Shown: piece by piece, positions 31,058-42,126 of the stretch
Position numbering within the stretch: the first letter of the stretch is position 1
Layout of the letters: each line of letters begins with the position of its first letter
NCBI GenBank assembly: GCA_045566175.1
Contig: JBJLDX010000020.1
Span: 5,892 to 69,891, forward strand
Reading direction: 5' to 3'
Length of the DNA stretch: 64,000 nucleotides
Origin: Candidatus Pelagibacter sp.
GTDB lineage: Bacteria; Pseudomonadota; Alphaproteobacteria; Pelagibacterales; Pelagibacteraceae
Translations under genes and position numbers: made by a program
The notes under the pieces: model-generated
What the model was told of the DNA's origin: nothing
Databases searched by the model: none
The model's input: only the letters and a program-made list of their open reading frames with translations

Positions 31058-31790
31058 ATGAAAAAAAAATTATTAATTTTTGTTGTTACTTACAAAGCTT
31101 CCTTTAGAATTTTTAATCTTATTAAGAAAATACCTTTTAAAAAATTATCTAAATTCAATTATCAAATTTATATAAGTGATGATAATTCTGATGATAATAT
31201 TTCTTTAAAATATATTAAACTTACTAAATATAAATTTGGTTCTAAAATTAAATTAAACTTTAACAAAAAATAATATTGGTTATGGGGCTAATATTAAAAA
31301 ATGTATAAAGTATGCACTAAAGAATAAGTATGATTATGCAGCAATGCTTCATGGAGACAATCAATATGATCCTAAATATTTATCAAATATGATTAATTTA
31401 ATGACTGGAAAAGATAAATATGATGCAATTGTTGGTTCAAGATTAATGAATAAAAAAAGTGCACTTAAAGGCAATATGCCTCTTTATAAATATCTTGGAA
31501 ATATTTTTTTATCCACTTATTTTAATTTTTTTTTTAATACTAAATTTACTGATTGTCATACTGGATACTGGATGTATAGATGCTCAAAAATTAAAAGTCT
31601 ATATTTAAAATGTGATAATAAATTTTGCTTTGATTTAGACCTCAGATTGCAAATAGTAGAAAAGAAAAAAAAAATAAAAGAGATTGCAATTAGAACATTT
31701 TATGGATCTGAAAGGTCTTCAATTCATTTTATTTATGCTATAAGATTTTTTTACAAAGTAATAAAATTTAAATTATTTAAAAAAATATAA
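31058..31790 (+). CDS. GT2, DPM1-like, about 243 aa, split by a +1 frameshift in an A6 run (31265-31270)
   Basis: DDNSDD, then NIGYGANIK, MLHGDNQY, GSR, FTDCHTGY after removing one A. Confidence 0.75.
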
Positions 31791-31791
31791 A

Positions 31792-32490
31792 ATGAATACT
31801 AAAATTTATTGTGATATTGCCGATATTAAGACGATAAAGTATTTCTCAAAAAAAAAAATTATCAAGGGATTTACAACTAATCCAAGCTTAATGAGAAAAG
31901 CTGGGGCACAAGATTATGCACTTTACAGTAAAAATATTTTAAAAGTTTGTGAAAAAAAACCAATATCATTTGAGGTTTTTGCTGATAACTATTCTGACAT
32001 ATTAAAACAGGCTTTAATAATAAACTCATGGGGAAAAAATGTTTTTGTAAAAGTGCCAATAATAAATTCTAAAGGTAAATTTATGGGAAAGATTATTAAA
32101 GAATTAAATAATAGAAATATTAAAATGAATATTACTGCTGTTTACACTGCCTCTCAAGCAAAGCAAGTTCTCAAATTAATAAATAAAAAAACACAAGTTA
32201 TAATATCAATATTTGCTGGTAGGGCAGCTGATACTGGTAAGGATCCTATACCAGAAATTAAAGAGAGTATTTCAGCATCAAAAAAATTTAAAAATGTAAA
32301 AATACTTTGGGCCAGTGTAAGAGAACCTTATAATTTTTTACAGGCTAAACAATTAGGCTGCCATATAATTACAATCCCACCTTCAACAATTGAAAAAATA
32401 GAAAAATTTGGAAAAAGTTTTTCTCAGCTTACCAAGGAAACTGTAAAAGCATTTTTAAGTGACAGCAAGAAATCAAATTTTAAAATTTAA
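31792..32490 (+). CDS. tal: Transaldolase (TalC/FSA-like small family)
   Basis: GFTTNPSL, ISFEVFAD, Schiff-base VKVP, NITA, SIFAGR, WASVRE. Confidence 0.85.
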   Translation: MNTKIYCDIADIKTIKYFSKKKIIKGFTTNPSLMRKAGAQDYALYSKNILKVCEKKPISFEVFADNYSDILKQALIINSWGKNVFVKVPIINSKGKFMGKIIKELNNRNIKMNITAVYTASQAKQVLKLINKKTQVIISIFAGRAADTGKDPIPEIKESISASKKFKNVKILWASVREPYNFLQAKQLGCHIITIPPSTIEKIEKFGKSFSQLTKETVKAFLSDSKKSNFKI

Positions 32491-32496
32491 GAAAAT

Positions 32497-32573
<77 letters not shown>

Positions 32574-32579
32574 TTAAAA

Positions 32580-32774
32580 TTAAATTCTATTTTTAAGTTT
32601 ATTTAACTTTTTAACTCTTTTAATATTTTCTTGCAAAATTCTTTTTTTCTTTTCTGAGGGTTTTTCGTAGGTATTCTTTAATTTAATAATTTTAAAAAAG
32701 CCATCCCTTTGTAATTTCCTTTTTAAAACTCTTAAAGCCTGTTCAATATTATTATCTTTAACTTCTATTTTAAT
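32580..32774 (-). CDS. rpsU: 30S ribosomal protein S21 (probable ATT start at 32774; TTG at 32786 is the alternative)
   Basis: VKDNNIEQALRVLKRKLQRDG, YEKPSE. Confidence 0.9.
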   Translation of the reverse strand: MKIEVKDNNIEQALRVLKRKLQRDGFFKIIKLKNTYEKPSEKKKRILQENIKRVKKLNKLKNRI

Positions 32775-32830
32775 AACTACCTCCAAAAAAATGTGTAATT
32801 AACACTTTTATAATTTTATGTCTATTTATT

Positions 32831-33412
32831 TTAATCATTGGATTGTTGAGATTTTTGCTGCTTCTCTTTTTCTTTTTTTTCTCTTTTTATTCTTCTTTCT
32901 GCCTTTTCTATAGCAGCAACTAACTCTTTTTGAGTAAATAAGTTTAAAGCTACTGGATCTTTAGGGTTTAAATTGTTGTAATTCCAATAACTTTTATTTC
33001 TTATTAAAGTTACCGAGTTTTTAGTAATTCCAACCAATTTTGCAATTTGAGAATCTTTTAAAATATTGTGTTGTTTTATCAGCCATAGTGCAGAGTCAGG
33101 CTTGTCTTGTCTTTTAGATAATGGAACGTATTTTTTAATTTTTTTTTCACTACTAGTAATTTCGATATCTGAACTTTTAATATTCAATGGTCTGTTGAGA
33201 TCTTTGGAAGAAAGCTCGATTTCATCTCTAGATAGTTGTCCAGATATTATTGGATTGTAAGCTTTAATTCCTTTTGCGACCTCACCATCAGCAATACCCT
33301 GAACCTCTACTTCATGCAATTTACAAAAATCTGCAATTTGCTTAAAAGTTAAAGTTGTGTTTTCAACTAACCAAACAGCAGTTGCCATTGGCATTAATGG
33401 TGCATTTGACAT
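32831..33412 (-). CDS. DUF1013 family protein (TrcR-like transcription regulator)
   Basis: PLMPMATAVWLVENTTLTFKQIADFC..H..EVQGIADGEVA. Confidence 0.85.
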   Translation of the reverse strand: MSNAPLMPMATAVWLVENTTLTFKQIADFCKLHEVEVQGIADGEVAKGIKAYNPIISGQLSRDEIELSSKDLNRPLNIKSSDIEITSSEKKIKKYVPLSKRQDKPDSALWLIKQHNILKDSQIAKLVGITKNSVTLIRNKSYWNYNNLNPKDPVALNLFTQKELVAAIEKAERRIKREKKEKEKQQKSQQSND

Positions 33413-33643
33413 TTAATCTTTTTTTTCTGATTTAAAATTTTGGAATTTTTTATTAAATTTACTAATTCTGCCTTTATCCATTAGTTTTTGTTTTCCACCT
33501 GTCCAGGCCGAATGCGATATAGGGTCAATTTCTAATTTTAAAACTTCTCCCTCTTTACCCCAAGTTGATTTTGTTTCAAATTGACTACCATCCGTCATTT
33601 CAACTTTAATAGCATGATAATTTGGGTGAATTTTTTTTTTCAT
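33413..33643 (-). CDS. rpmE: 50S ribosomal protein L31 (Zn-free)
   Basis: [26 protein letters not shown]. Confidence 0.93.
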   Translation of the reverse strand: MKKKIHPNYHAIKVEMTDGSQFETKSTWGKEGEVLKLEIDPISHSAWTGGKQKLMDKGRISKFNKKFQNFKSEKKD

Positions 33644-33678
33644 GACGAGACTTATAACAAAAGATTTTTTTAAAACAA

Positions 33679-34419
33679 TTAAAAGTTATCAAGTTTTTTA
33701 AGCAATTTTCCATTAATATCTGGAGTTGAAGCAATAATTTTTATATTTTTATTAATTGATAGATCTATTTCATTAACTAATCCCCCAGCTTCTTTAACCA
33801 AAACGATACCAGCAGCAATATCCCAAAGATTTAAATTTTTCTGAAAATATCCATCATATCTTCCTGAAGCAACATAAGCCAAATCTAATGCGGCACAACC
33901 TGATTTTCTGTAAGGTAGGTCTATTTCATTTATAATTTTTCCACCAGTAACAAATAAGCAGTTATTTAAATCACTTTTTTTGGAAACCCTAATTCTTTGA
34001 TTATTAAAAAAAGAACCATTATTTTTTTCAGCATAAAACATCTCATTTTTAATAGGATCAAAAATTAATCCAGATATGATTTCATCGTTTGATTTGAGAG
34101 CTAAAGATATTGCAAAATGAGGTACACCATGTAAAAAATTCACAGTACCATCGATGGGATCAATTATCCAAGTGTTATCTTTGTCTTTATTTTTTTCTAT
34201 TCCATTCTCCTCACTAATTATTGAATAATTGGGTTTAGCTTTTTTTAGTTCTTCAATAATTATTTTTTCTGTTTTTAAATCTGAGTTAGTAACAAAATCA
34301 GCTGGCCCTTTTTTTGAAACTTGTAATTTTTCAACTTCTCCAAAATCTCTAATTAATATTTTTGAAGCTTTCTCAGTAGCCTTAATCATTATATTCAAAT
34401 TTGGAGAAATTGAATTCAT
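33679..34419 (-). CDS. suhB: Inositol monophosphatase
   Basis: [31 protein letters not shown]. Confidence 0.9.
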   Translation of the reverse strand: MNSISPNLNIMIKATEKASKILIRDFGEVEKLQVSKKGPADFVTNSDLKTEKIIIEELKKAKPNYSIISEENGIEKNKDKDNTWIIDPIDGTVNFLHGVPHFAISLALKSNDEIISGLIFDPIKNEMFYAEKNNGSFFNNQRIRVSKKSDLNNCLFVTGGKIINEIDLPYRKSGCAALDLAYVASGRYDGYFQKNLNLWDIAAGIVLVKEAGGLVNEIDLSINKNIKIIASTPDINGKLLKKLDNF

Positions 34420-34422
34420 AAT

Positions 34423-34983
34423 TTATATTTTTTTTACATATTCAAGATTTCGAGTATCTATAATAATTTCATCTCCAGCTTCAATAAATGGTGGAACTTG
34501 AATATTTAATCCATTATTCAAAATTGCTGGTTTATATGATGACGAGACAGTTTGACCCTTTAAAGCAGCATCTGTTGTTTCTATTTCACATGTTACTTGA
34601 TTAGGTAAATCAACTGAAATTGGAACTTCATTATAAAAACTTACAGATACCTCTAAATTTTCAGTAAGCAATCTACCTTTTTCTCCAATCAAATCTTTTT
34701 TAATTTGAATTTGATCAAATGATTTAGGTTCCATAAAAAAATAATTACTTTCATCTTGATAAAGGAAATTGTATTTTGTTTCTTCTAAAGAGGCTTTTTC
34801 AATAGTTTCACTTGATCTAAATCTCTCATTTAATTTAGTATTCTTATTTACACTTTTCATCTCAACTTGTGCGAATGCACCACCTTTTCCAGGCTTAACA
34901 TGTTGAGTTTTCAGTACTTGCCATAAGTCATTTCTATATTCGAGCAACATACCAACTCGTATTTCACTTGCACTGATCTTCAT
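34423..34983 (-). CDS. efp: Elongation factor P
   Basis: HVKPGKGGAF, KPA.L.NG..IQVPPFI. Confidence 0.95.
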   Translation of the reverse strand: MKISASEIRVGMLLEYRNDLWQVLKTQHVKPGKGGAFAQVEMKSVNKNTKLNERFRSSETIEKASLEETKYNFLYQDESNYFFMEPKSFDQIQIKKDLIGEKGRLLTENLEVSVSFYNEVPISVDLPNQVTCEIETTDAALKGQTVSSSYKPAILNNGLNIQVPPFIEAGDEIIIDTRNLEYVKKI

Positions 34984-35594
34984 TTTAATTTTTTAATTGC
35001 TTCTTGTGGTTTTAGTTTTTTATTATTCCAAATGTAGCCTGAAATAGCTAAAAAGTTAGCATTATTCAATAAGAGTTTTTTATAATTATCAGAATCGATA
35101 CCACCTATAGCAACAATAGGGATTTTTGTTATTTTTTTTATCTTTTTCAATATTTTCAAGTTTGCTCTGTATTTAGTTTTTTTAGTTTTTGAAGAGTAAA
35201 AAGCTCCAAAAGCCAAATAATCTGCTTTATTTTTTAAAGCATCTTTTGCCAGCTCAATTGAATTGTGGCAAGTAATCCCAATTATTTTATCTCCAATTAA
35301 TTTTCTAGCCTCAAAAATACTCATATCTTTTTGTCCCAGATGACAACCGTCAGCATTTAACTTTTTTGCTAGATAAACATCATCATTTATTAAAAGTTTC
35401 ACATTAAATTTTTTACATATTTTTTTGATTTTTCTTCCTATTACTAATTTTTTTTTAAAACTTTCTTTTTTTAGTCTTAATTGGAAAAAACTTACTTTGT
35501 TTTGTTTAAAAACTTCGATTAAATCACTATAGAAATATACATTAATTTTTAATGGTGAGATGAGATATATATTTTTTTTTTTTTTAGATCTCAA
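34980..35594 (-). CDS. thiE: Thiamine phosphate synthase
   Basis: QLRLK, INDD, HLGQKD, AIGGI. Confidence 0.88.
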   Translation of the reverse strand: MRSKKKKNIYLISPLKINVYFYSDLIEVFKQNKVSFFQLRLKKESFKKKLVIGRKIKKICKKFNVKLLINDDVYLAKKLNADGCHLGQKDMSIFEARKLIGDKIIGITCHNSIELAKDALKNKADYLAFGAFYSSKTKKTKYRANLKILKKIKKITKIPIVAIGGIDSDNYKKLLLNNANFLAISGYIWNNKKLKPQEAIKKLK

Positions 35595-36592
35595 GTTCTT
35601 TAGACCATTTTCCTTTAGCAGCCAGTGTATTCATTTTTGCTCTGTGATTAAAAACTTTTTGAGTACCCTCAATGTTTTGTATATCTTTTGACCAAAATTT
35701 TAAGGCACTTTGTTGCAAGGCTCGCCCATAAGAATAACTCATTATGAAATTGGTATCATTGTATTTATTGATTAAATTTAAATTTTCTGTTGCTTCAATT
35801 TCAGATTGACCCCCAGATAAAAAAGCAATTCCTGGAACTTCGGAAGGCACTGAATTTTTTAAACATTGTAAAGTTAATTTTGCAACTTCTTCATTTGAAA
35901 TTTTATCTTTAGATTTATTGCCTGCCAGGATCATATTAGGTTTAAGTATAATTCCTTTTAAATCAACCTTATGTAAAATCAGTTCCTCGAAGCATTTTTT
36001 TATTACTTCCGAGGTCTTTTGATAGCATTCCTTTCGCAGAATGTTCACCGTCCATCAAGACCTCAGGTTCAACAATTGGAACCATTTCACATTCTTGAAC
36101 TAATGCTGAGTATCTTGCTAAAGCATGAGCATTTGAGTGTACAGAAAGTTTGCTTGGATAATTTTTAGATATAATGTAAACACCTCTCCATTTTGTAAAT
36201 TTTGCTCCAAGTTTATAATATTCTTTTAATCTTTCTCTTAAACCATCTAACCCTTCTGTGATTTTTTCATCTGGTGACCCGGCTAGTGTTTTGGCACCTG
36301 TGTCAACTTTTATGCCTGGAGCGCTTCCCATCTTGGAAATTAATTCTGGTATCTTATCTTTTTTCGAAGACTCTTGTTTTATTGTTTCATCATATAAAAT
36401 TACACCCCCAATACATTCAGACATGCTTGGTGCACTGAATAGTGTTTCTCTAAATAACAATCGATTTTCCAAGGTTGATGGAACTTTCACTGAATCTAAT
36501 CTTTTAGTCATTGTTCCAGTGCTTTCATCAGCTGCAAGAATCCCTTTTCCGTCCTTAAGAATTTTAAGTGCTATGTTATTTAATTTAGACAT
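35584..36592 (-). CDS. fbaB: Class I fructose-bisphosphate aldolase, about 335 aa, +1 frameshift at 36032-36034
   Basis: GILAADES, VPIVEPEV in the first ORF; LKPNM, FLSGGQS, SYGRALQ in the second; removing one base joins them (GEHSA-KECYQKT). Confidence 0.88.
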
Positions 36593-36593
36593 A

Positions 36594-37772
36594 TTAATTT
36601 AAGGCCTTTATACCAGGCAGTTCTTTTCCTTCAAGGTATTCCAAAAATGCTCCACCTGCAGTTGAAACAAAGTTAAAATCTTTTATTGCTTTGATTTGGT
36701 TTAATACAGCTATTGTATCTCCGCCGCCAACAATAGAGTAGATTGATTTATTCTTATTTTTTTTAATTATCGCTTTTGCAATTTCGAAACTACCGTTAGC
36801 AAAATTTGGATTTTCAAAATAACCTGCTGGCCCGTTCCATAAAACTGTATTACTGATTTCAATAATATTTTGAATTTTTTTAATTGTTTTTGGCCCGATA
36901 TCTAAGATTAAATCACCATCTTTTATACTATTTAATTCTTTGACTTCTGACTTATCATCCAAATTTTTTCCGACCAATACATCTTCTGGAAAAGTAATTA
37001 TACAAGAGTAATTTTTTGAAGCTTCAAAAATTTCTTTTATTATCATTTCACAATTTTCTTCTTTTATCGATTTGCCTATATTGTTTCCTTTAAATTCAAT
37101 AACATTATTAGCCATTCCTCCAACAATGATTATATTATCAAATTTAGGTATTAAATTTTTTATTATTCCAATTTTTGTTGAAATTTTTGAACCTCCAATT
37201 ATGCAAGTAATTGGTTTTTTAATTTCAGTAGTAACTTTTTTTAAGGCATTTATTTCTGTTTCTAATTGTAATCCAGCAAAAGAGGGTAGAAATTTTGTGA
37301 TTTTGCTTACAGATGCGTGAGCTCTATGAGAGCAAGAAAAAGCATCATTCACATAGAAATCAGCCAGGCTAGCTAAATGTTTTGCAAAAGTTGTATCATT
37401 TTCTTCCTCCTCTTTATAAAATCTTATATTTTCTAAAAAAACTATTTTGTTATCATGGCTTTTAAATAGATCATCTTTTTTTAATTCAAAAATATTATCA
37501 TTAAATAGTTTAATTTTTTTATTAATTTTCTTTTCTAAATTTAAACAAACAGGTTTTAGTGAAAGAACTTTATTTACCTTACCTTTTGGTCTGCCAACAT
37601 GTGAAACAATTATGATTTTTGATTTTTTTTCTATCAAAAAATTAATCACAGGGATAATTTTATCTATTCTTGTTTCATCAATGACTAGACCATCTTTTAA
37701 TGGAACATTTAGATCTAGTCTTAACAAAACTATTTTCTGACTAAGATTTTCTTGATCTTTAATACTATTCAT
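36594..37772 (-). CDS. pgk: Phosphoglycerate kinase
   Basis: RLDLNVP, SHVGRP, LENIRF, GGGDT, STAGGAFLE. Confidence 0.95.
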   Translation of the reverse strand: MNSIKDQENLSQKIVLLRLDLNVPLKDGLVIDETRIDKIIPVINFLIEKKSKIIIVSHVGRPKGKVNKVLSLKPVCLNLEKKINKKIKLFNDNIFELKKDDLFKSHDNKIVFLENIRFYKEEEENDTTFAKHLASLADFYVNDAFSCSHRAHASVSKITKFLPSFAGLQLETEINALKKVTTEIKKPITCIIGGSKISTKIGIIKNLIPKFDNIIIVGGMANNVIEFKGNNIGKSIKEENCEMIIKEIFEASKNYSCIITFPEDVLVGKNLDDKSEVKELNSIKDGDLILDIGPKTIKKIQNIIEISNTVLWNGPAGYFENPNFANGSFEIAKAIIKKNKNKSIYSIVGGGDTIAVLNQIKAIKDFNFVSTAGGAFLEYLEGKELPGIKALN

Positions 37773-38773
37773 TAAGAAATTTTGTGAAGATAGACTGCTA
37801 TGTCACACATTCTATTTGAAAAGCCCCACTCATTATCATACCAAGCTGAAATTTTACCCATATTTTTTTCTACAACACTAGTCAAACTTGCATCAACAAT
37901 TGATGAGGCTGGGTTGTGATTAAAGTCTATGGATACTAGCTTTTCTTTAGTAATTTCAAGAATCTTGTTTTTTTTACTAAAATTTTCAAATGCTGAATTA
38001 ATTTTTTCAATACTTAAATCTTTTTTTGTGCAAAAAACAAGTTCAACCAAAGAAACGTTAGGAGTAGGCACTCTCATTGCTATACCTTCTAATTTTCCTT
38101 TTAAAGAGGGAATAATTTCACCAATCGCTTTTGATGCACCAGTTGAAGTTGGTACAATAGATTGGCTTGCAGAACGAGCCCTTCTAGGATCTTTATGGGA
38201 ATTATCTAAAATCCTCTGATCACTTGTAAAAGCGTGGATCGTTGTCATAAAACCTTTTTCAATTTCAAAGCTTTCATTTAAAACATGAGCAACTGGAGCA
38301 AGACAATTTGTTGTACATGATGCAGCAGAAATTATTTTATCATTTTTTTTTAATTCTGATTCATTTACTCCAAAGACAATAGTTTTATCTGCATTTTTAC
38401 AAGGGGCTGAAACAATAACCTTTTTTGCTCCATTATTTAGATGAGGTTCTAATTTATCTTTAGAGTTAAATTTTCCAGTGCATTCAAAAACATAATCTAC
38501 ATCATATTTCTTCCAATTAATATTATTCAAATCTGTTTCTTGACTAAATGTAATTTTTTTTTTATTGATAATTAAATGCTTGTCATCAAAACCTATGCCT
38601 GCATTAAATTTTCCATGAATTGAGTCATATTTTAATAGAGTGGAACAAGCTTCAGAATTTGTTCTGTTATTTATATGTTTAATCTCAATATCTTTATTAT
38701 TATTTTCTATAACAGATCGAATAATCATCCTTCCAATTCTACCCATTCCATTTATTCCAATTTTTATTTTCAT
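37772..38773 (-). CDS. gap: Glyceraldehyde-3-phosphate dehydrogenase
   Basis: [29 protein letters not shown]. Confidence 0.95.
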   Translation of the reverse strand: MKIKIGINGMGRIGRMIIRSVIENNNKDIEIKHINNRTNSEACSTLLKYDSIHGKFNAGIGFDDKHLIINKKKITFSQETDLNNINWKKYDVDYVFECTGKFNSKDKLEPHLNNGAKKVIVSAPCKNADKTIVFGVNESELKKNDKIISAASCTTNCLAPVAHVLNESFEIEKGFMTTIHAFTSDQRILDNSHKDPRRARSASQSIVPTSTGASKAIGEIIPSLKGKLEGIAMRVPTPNVSLVELVFCTKKDLSIEKINSAFENFSKKNKILEITKEKLVSIDFNHNPASSIVDASLTSVVEKNMGKISAWYDNEWGFSNRMCDIAVYLHKIS

Positions 38774-40773
38774 AATTTTTCTTTAATTTTTTTCATTATA
38801 TTATCGACATTCAATCCAAAATGATCATAGATTTTCTTATATGGTGCACTTTTTCCAAAATCATTAATTCCAAAGTTCAATCCTTTTGTTCCTGTGTACT
38901 TTTTCCAATAATGCGTTTCAGAGGCCTCTATTGAAACAGTCAATTCAGTTTCAGTTAAAATTTTGTTTTTGTAATCTTCACTTTGTTGATCAAATAATTC
39001 CTGACAAGGCATTGATATTACTTTTGAATAAATATTCTCTGTGGCTAATTTATGACAAATATCACTTGCTAAACTTGTTTCAGAGCCGGATGCTATTATT
39101 GTTATCTTAATATCATTGCCAGATCTTAAAACTTCATATGCTCCAAATGATGACTTGTTTTCAGAAGAATCTTTTATTCTTATAGGATCAATTGCTTGCC
39201 TGGTTAGAGAAATAATACTTGGAGAATTTTCACTTTCAAGAGCTTTCTGCCAACACTCAAATGTTTCAATAAAATCAGCTGGTCTAAAAACATTTAAATT
39301 TGGAATTGATCTTAAACTAGTTAATTGTTCAATTGGTTGATGAGTAGGACCGTCTTCTCCTAAGCCAATTGAATCGTGAGTAAAAACGTAAATAACTTTT
39401 TGTTTCATCATGGCAGCTAATCTGATTGATGGTTTACAATAATCACTAAAAATTAAAAAAGTTCCACCATATGGTGTTAATCCGCTATGAAGTGAGATAC
39501 CATTCATTATTCCACACATCGCATGCTCTCTTACTCCATAATGAATATAATTTCCCGAAAAATCATTTGGTTTTATAATTTTATGATTTTTAGTTTTTGT
39601 ATTATTTGAACCAGCTAAGTCTGCTGATCCACCAATTAAGCTTGGAAGTTTTGAAACAATTTCTAAAAATTTTTCAGAGCATTTTCTAGTTGCTAGTGGC
39701 TCTAGAGTTTTTAAATAGTCTGCTTTTGCTTTTTCAATTGACTCAATTATTGCATACCTAGAAAGATTATATCCTGGGGGAAAATCTTTTTTGAATTTAT
39801 TAGATATAGACCATCCTAGCCAACCTAATTTCTTTATTTTATTAGTATAAATTTTTTCATGCTTCTCTGCTTTTTTTGATGCTTTAGCACCAATTGATTT
39901 CCATTCATCATTTAATTTTTTTGGAATTTCAAAAGCACTGTAATCCCAATTTAGTTTTTTTCTAACTAATTTTATTTCCTCATCGCCCAGTGGACTTCCA
40001 TGCGATGAAGCTTTACCACCTTTATTTGGAGATCCATAACCGATTGTTGTTTTGCATGAAATCGCTATTGGTTTTTTTGATTTTTGCGCTTTTTTAAGAG
40101 CCTTTGATATTTCTTTAAAGTTATGACCGTTTATTTTTAAATAATCCCATCCATAGCTTTTGAATCTTTTTTCATGATCATCTGAAACTGCCAAGCTAGT
40201 TGGACCATCAATTGAAATAGAATTATTGTCAAAAAGTAATATCAGATTTTTCAACTTTAGGTGTCCTGCAAGACTTAAAGCCTCATGACTAATCCCTTCC
40301 ATCAAACATCCATCACCAGCTAAGACATAAGTTTTATGATCAATTATTTTTTTTCCAACTTGTTTTTTTAAAATTTCTTCTGAAATTGCAAAACCAACAG
40401 CATTTGATATCCCTTGCCCCAAAGGTCCAGTGGTTGTTTCGATACCAGTATTTGGATGGTATTCAGGATGGCCAGCACAAATTGAGTCTAACTGTCTAAA
40501 ATTTTTAATATCATTTAACGAAACGCTTTTGAAGCCAGTCAGATAAAGAAGAGAATAAAGCAGCATAGATCCATGTCCCGCTGAGAGAACAAATCTATCT
40601 CTATTAATCCAACTTGGATTATTTGGATTGAAATTCAAAAAATCTTTGAAAAGAACAGTTACAACATCTGCCATACCCATAGGCATTCCAGGATGACCTG
40701 AATTGGCTTTTTGAACAGCATCAATGGACAAAAATCTTATACAATTAGCTAATTCTTTATATTGTTTGCTCAA
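38770..40773 (-). CDS. tkt: Transketolase
   Basis: [40 protein letters not shown]. Confidence 0.96.
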   Translation of the reverse strand: MSKQYKELANCIRFLSIDAVQKANSGHPGMPMGMADVVTVLFKDFLNFNPNNPSWINRDRFVLSAGHGSMLLYSLLYLTGFKSVSLNDIKNFRQLDSICAGHPEYHPNTGIETTTGPLGQGISNAVGFAISEEILKKQVGKKIIDHKTYVLAGDGCLMEGISHEALSLAGHLKLKNLILLFDNNSISIDGPTSLAVSDDHEKRFKSYGWDYLKINGHNFKEISKALKKAQKSKKPIAISCKTTIGYGSPNKGGKASSHGSPLGDEEIKLVRKKLNWDYSAFEIPKKLNDEWKSIGAKASKKAEKHEKIYTNKIKKLGWLGWSISNKFKKDFPPGYNLSRYAIIESIEKAKADYLKTLEPLATRKCSEKFLEIVSKLPSLIGGSADLAGSNNTKTKNHKIIKPNDFSGNYIHYGVREHAMCGIMNGISLHSGLTPYGGTFLIFSDYCKPSIRLAAMMKQKVIYVFTHDSIGLGEDGPTHQPIEQLTSLRSIPNLNVFRPADFIETFECWQKALESENSPSIISLTRQAIDPIRIKDSSENKSSFGAYEVLRSGNDIKITIIASGSETSLASDICHKLATENIYSKVISMPCQELFDQQSEDYKNKILTETELTVSIEASETHYWKKYTGTKGLNFGINDFGKSAPYKKIYDHFGLNVDNIMKKIKEKL

Positions 40774-40822
40774 AAAATTATCCTGTCTAGACTAAGAAGA
40801 TTCTATTTAATAATATATATAT

Positions 40823-41146
40823 ATGAATTCTGTGATCGAAAAAGAAAAAAAACTAAATTTAGCGTTAACAAAATTAAAAAATTTAAATCTTAAAAACCCA
40901 GATATAAAAAAAGATGTTGAAAACTTAAATACCCAAAAAAATCAATTAGAAATTGAAAAACAAGATTTAGAACAAAAATACAAAAGTTTGAAGGAAGATT
41001 ACAATGATTTAAGTGAAAAGTTAGATGAATTAGAAAATAAAGAAAAAGTTGAACAAAAAAAACAAATAGAATTTTCTGAAAAAATTGATGAATTAAATCA
41101 AGAAACAGATACTCTATTAGATGAGATTGATAAATGGCAAACGTAA
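40823..41146 (+). CDS. Coiled-coil protein upstream of zapA (ZauP/ZapB-like)
   Basis: Heptad-rich E/K/L/Q sequence; overlaps zapA start. Confidence 0.55.
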   Translation: MNSVIEKEKKLNLALTKLKNLNLKNPDIKKDVENLNTQKNQLEIEKQDLEQKYKSLKEDYNDLSEKLDELENKEKVEQKKQIEFSEKIDELNQETDTLLDEIDKWQT

Positions 41147-41577
41147 GTATTAAATTTAATGGTAAAGAGTTTCTATTGTCTTGTGAAGATGGACAAGAAG
41201 AACATTTAGAGGAACTATTAATACAAATTAATCAAAAATTTAATAAATTAAAAAATGATTTGGGTAACCTTGGGGAAAATAAGCTTTTACTAATTACAGC
41301 AGTTAAAGTAATGGATGAATACTATGAAACTTCCAAAAAAGTTGAGCAAAAAAAAACTGAATTGAAAGATCTCTCAAATAAATTCAGAGAATTAAAAACT
41401 TTAATTTATGATTATAGAGATAAAAAAGAGCAAGAGATTCAAGAATTAAATGATAATCACCACAAAATGAAAAATGAAATTGAAATTAATCAAAAAAATT
41501 ATGAAAAGTTAATTGATGAAGCAGCAGATGAAATTTCAAGTTTTGTTGAAAAAGTCAACTTAGAAAACCTATCTTAG
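41134..41577 (+). CDS. zapA: Cell division protein ZapA
   Basis: V.I..NGK.F.LSCEDGQEEHL, LLLITA...MDE. Confidence 0.85.
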   Translation: MANVSIKFNGKEFLLSCEDGQEEHLEELLIQINQKFNKLKNDLGNLGENKLLLITAVKVMDEYYETSKKVEQKKTELKDLSNKFRELKTLIYDYRDKKEQEIQELNDNHHKMKNEIEINQKNYEKLIDEAADEISSFVEKVNLENLS

Positions 41578-41586
41578 TGAATTTTT

Positions 41587-42126
41587 GTGAATAAATCGAA
41601 AATTAGAAAAAAAATTCTTACTATAAGAAAAAAAAAACATACAAATAAAATTCAAGTTAATTCTAAGTCAATAATTAAAATTTTAAGAAAAAAAAAAATT
41701 AAAAATAAAATTATAGGTGGTTATTATCCATATAATTATGAAATGAATGTAATACCTGTATTAGAAAAATTTGAAAAATCGAATTATTTAATCTCACTTC
41801 CTAAAATAGGTAAAAATTCAGAAATGAACTTTTTCCAATGGTCATTTAAAGAGCCATTAAATATAAATAAGTACGGCATTCCAGAACCAATTTCAAATAA
41901 TATCAAATATCCAGATATCTTATTAGTTCCCTTGGTGGCTTACGACAAAAATTTTAATAGAATTGGATATGGTGGGGGATTTTATGATAGATATATAAAT
42001 AGAATAAAGAAAATTAAAAAAATTATAACTATTGGTTTAGCTTATTCTTTTCAAAGAGTTAAAAAAATTCCTTTTGATAAATATGATATAAAATTAGATT
42101 TTATTATTACTGAGAAAAATAATTAA
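41587..42126 (+). CDS. ygfA: 5-formyltetrahydrofolate cyclo-ligase
   Basis: YGIPEP, VPLVAYD...RIGYGGGFYDR. Confidence 0.9.
   Translation: MNKSKIRKKILTIRKKKHTNKIQVNSKSIIKILRKKKIKNKIIGGYYPYNYEMNVIPVLEKFEKSNYLISLPKIGKNSEMNFFQWSFKEPLNINKYGIPEPISNNIKYPDILLVPLVAYDKNFNRIGYGGGFYDRYINRIKKIKKIITIGLAYSFQRVKKIPFDKYDIKLDFIITEKNN

Noticed and set aside
35969-36048. Programmed frameshift or genuinely split aldolase
   Set aside because: No heptameric slippery site or obvious stimulatory structure; one extra base in a 3-nt run fits sequencing error better
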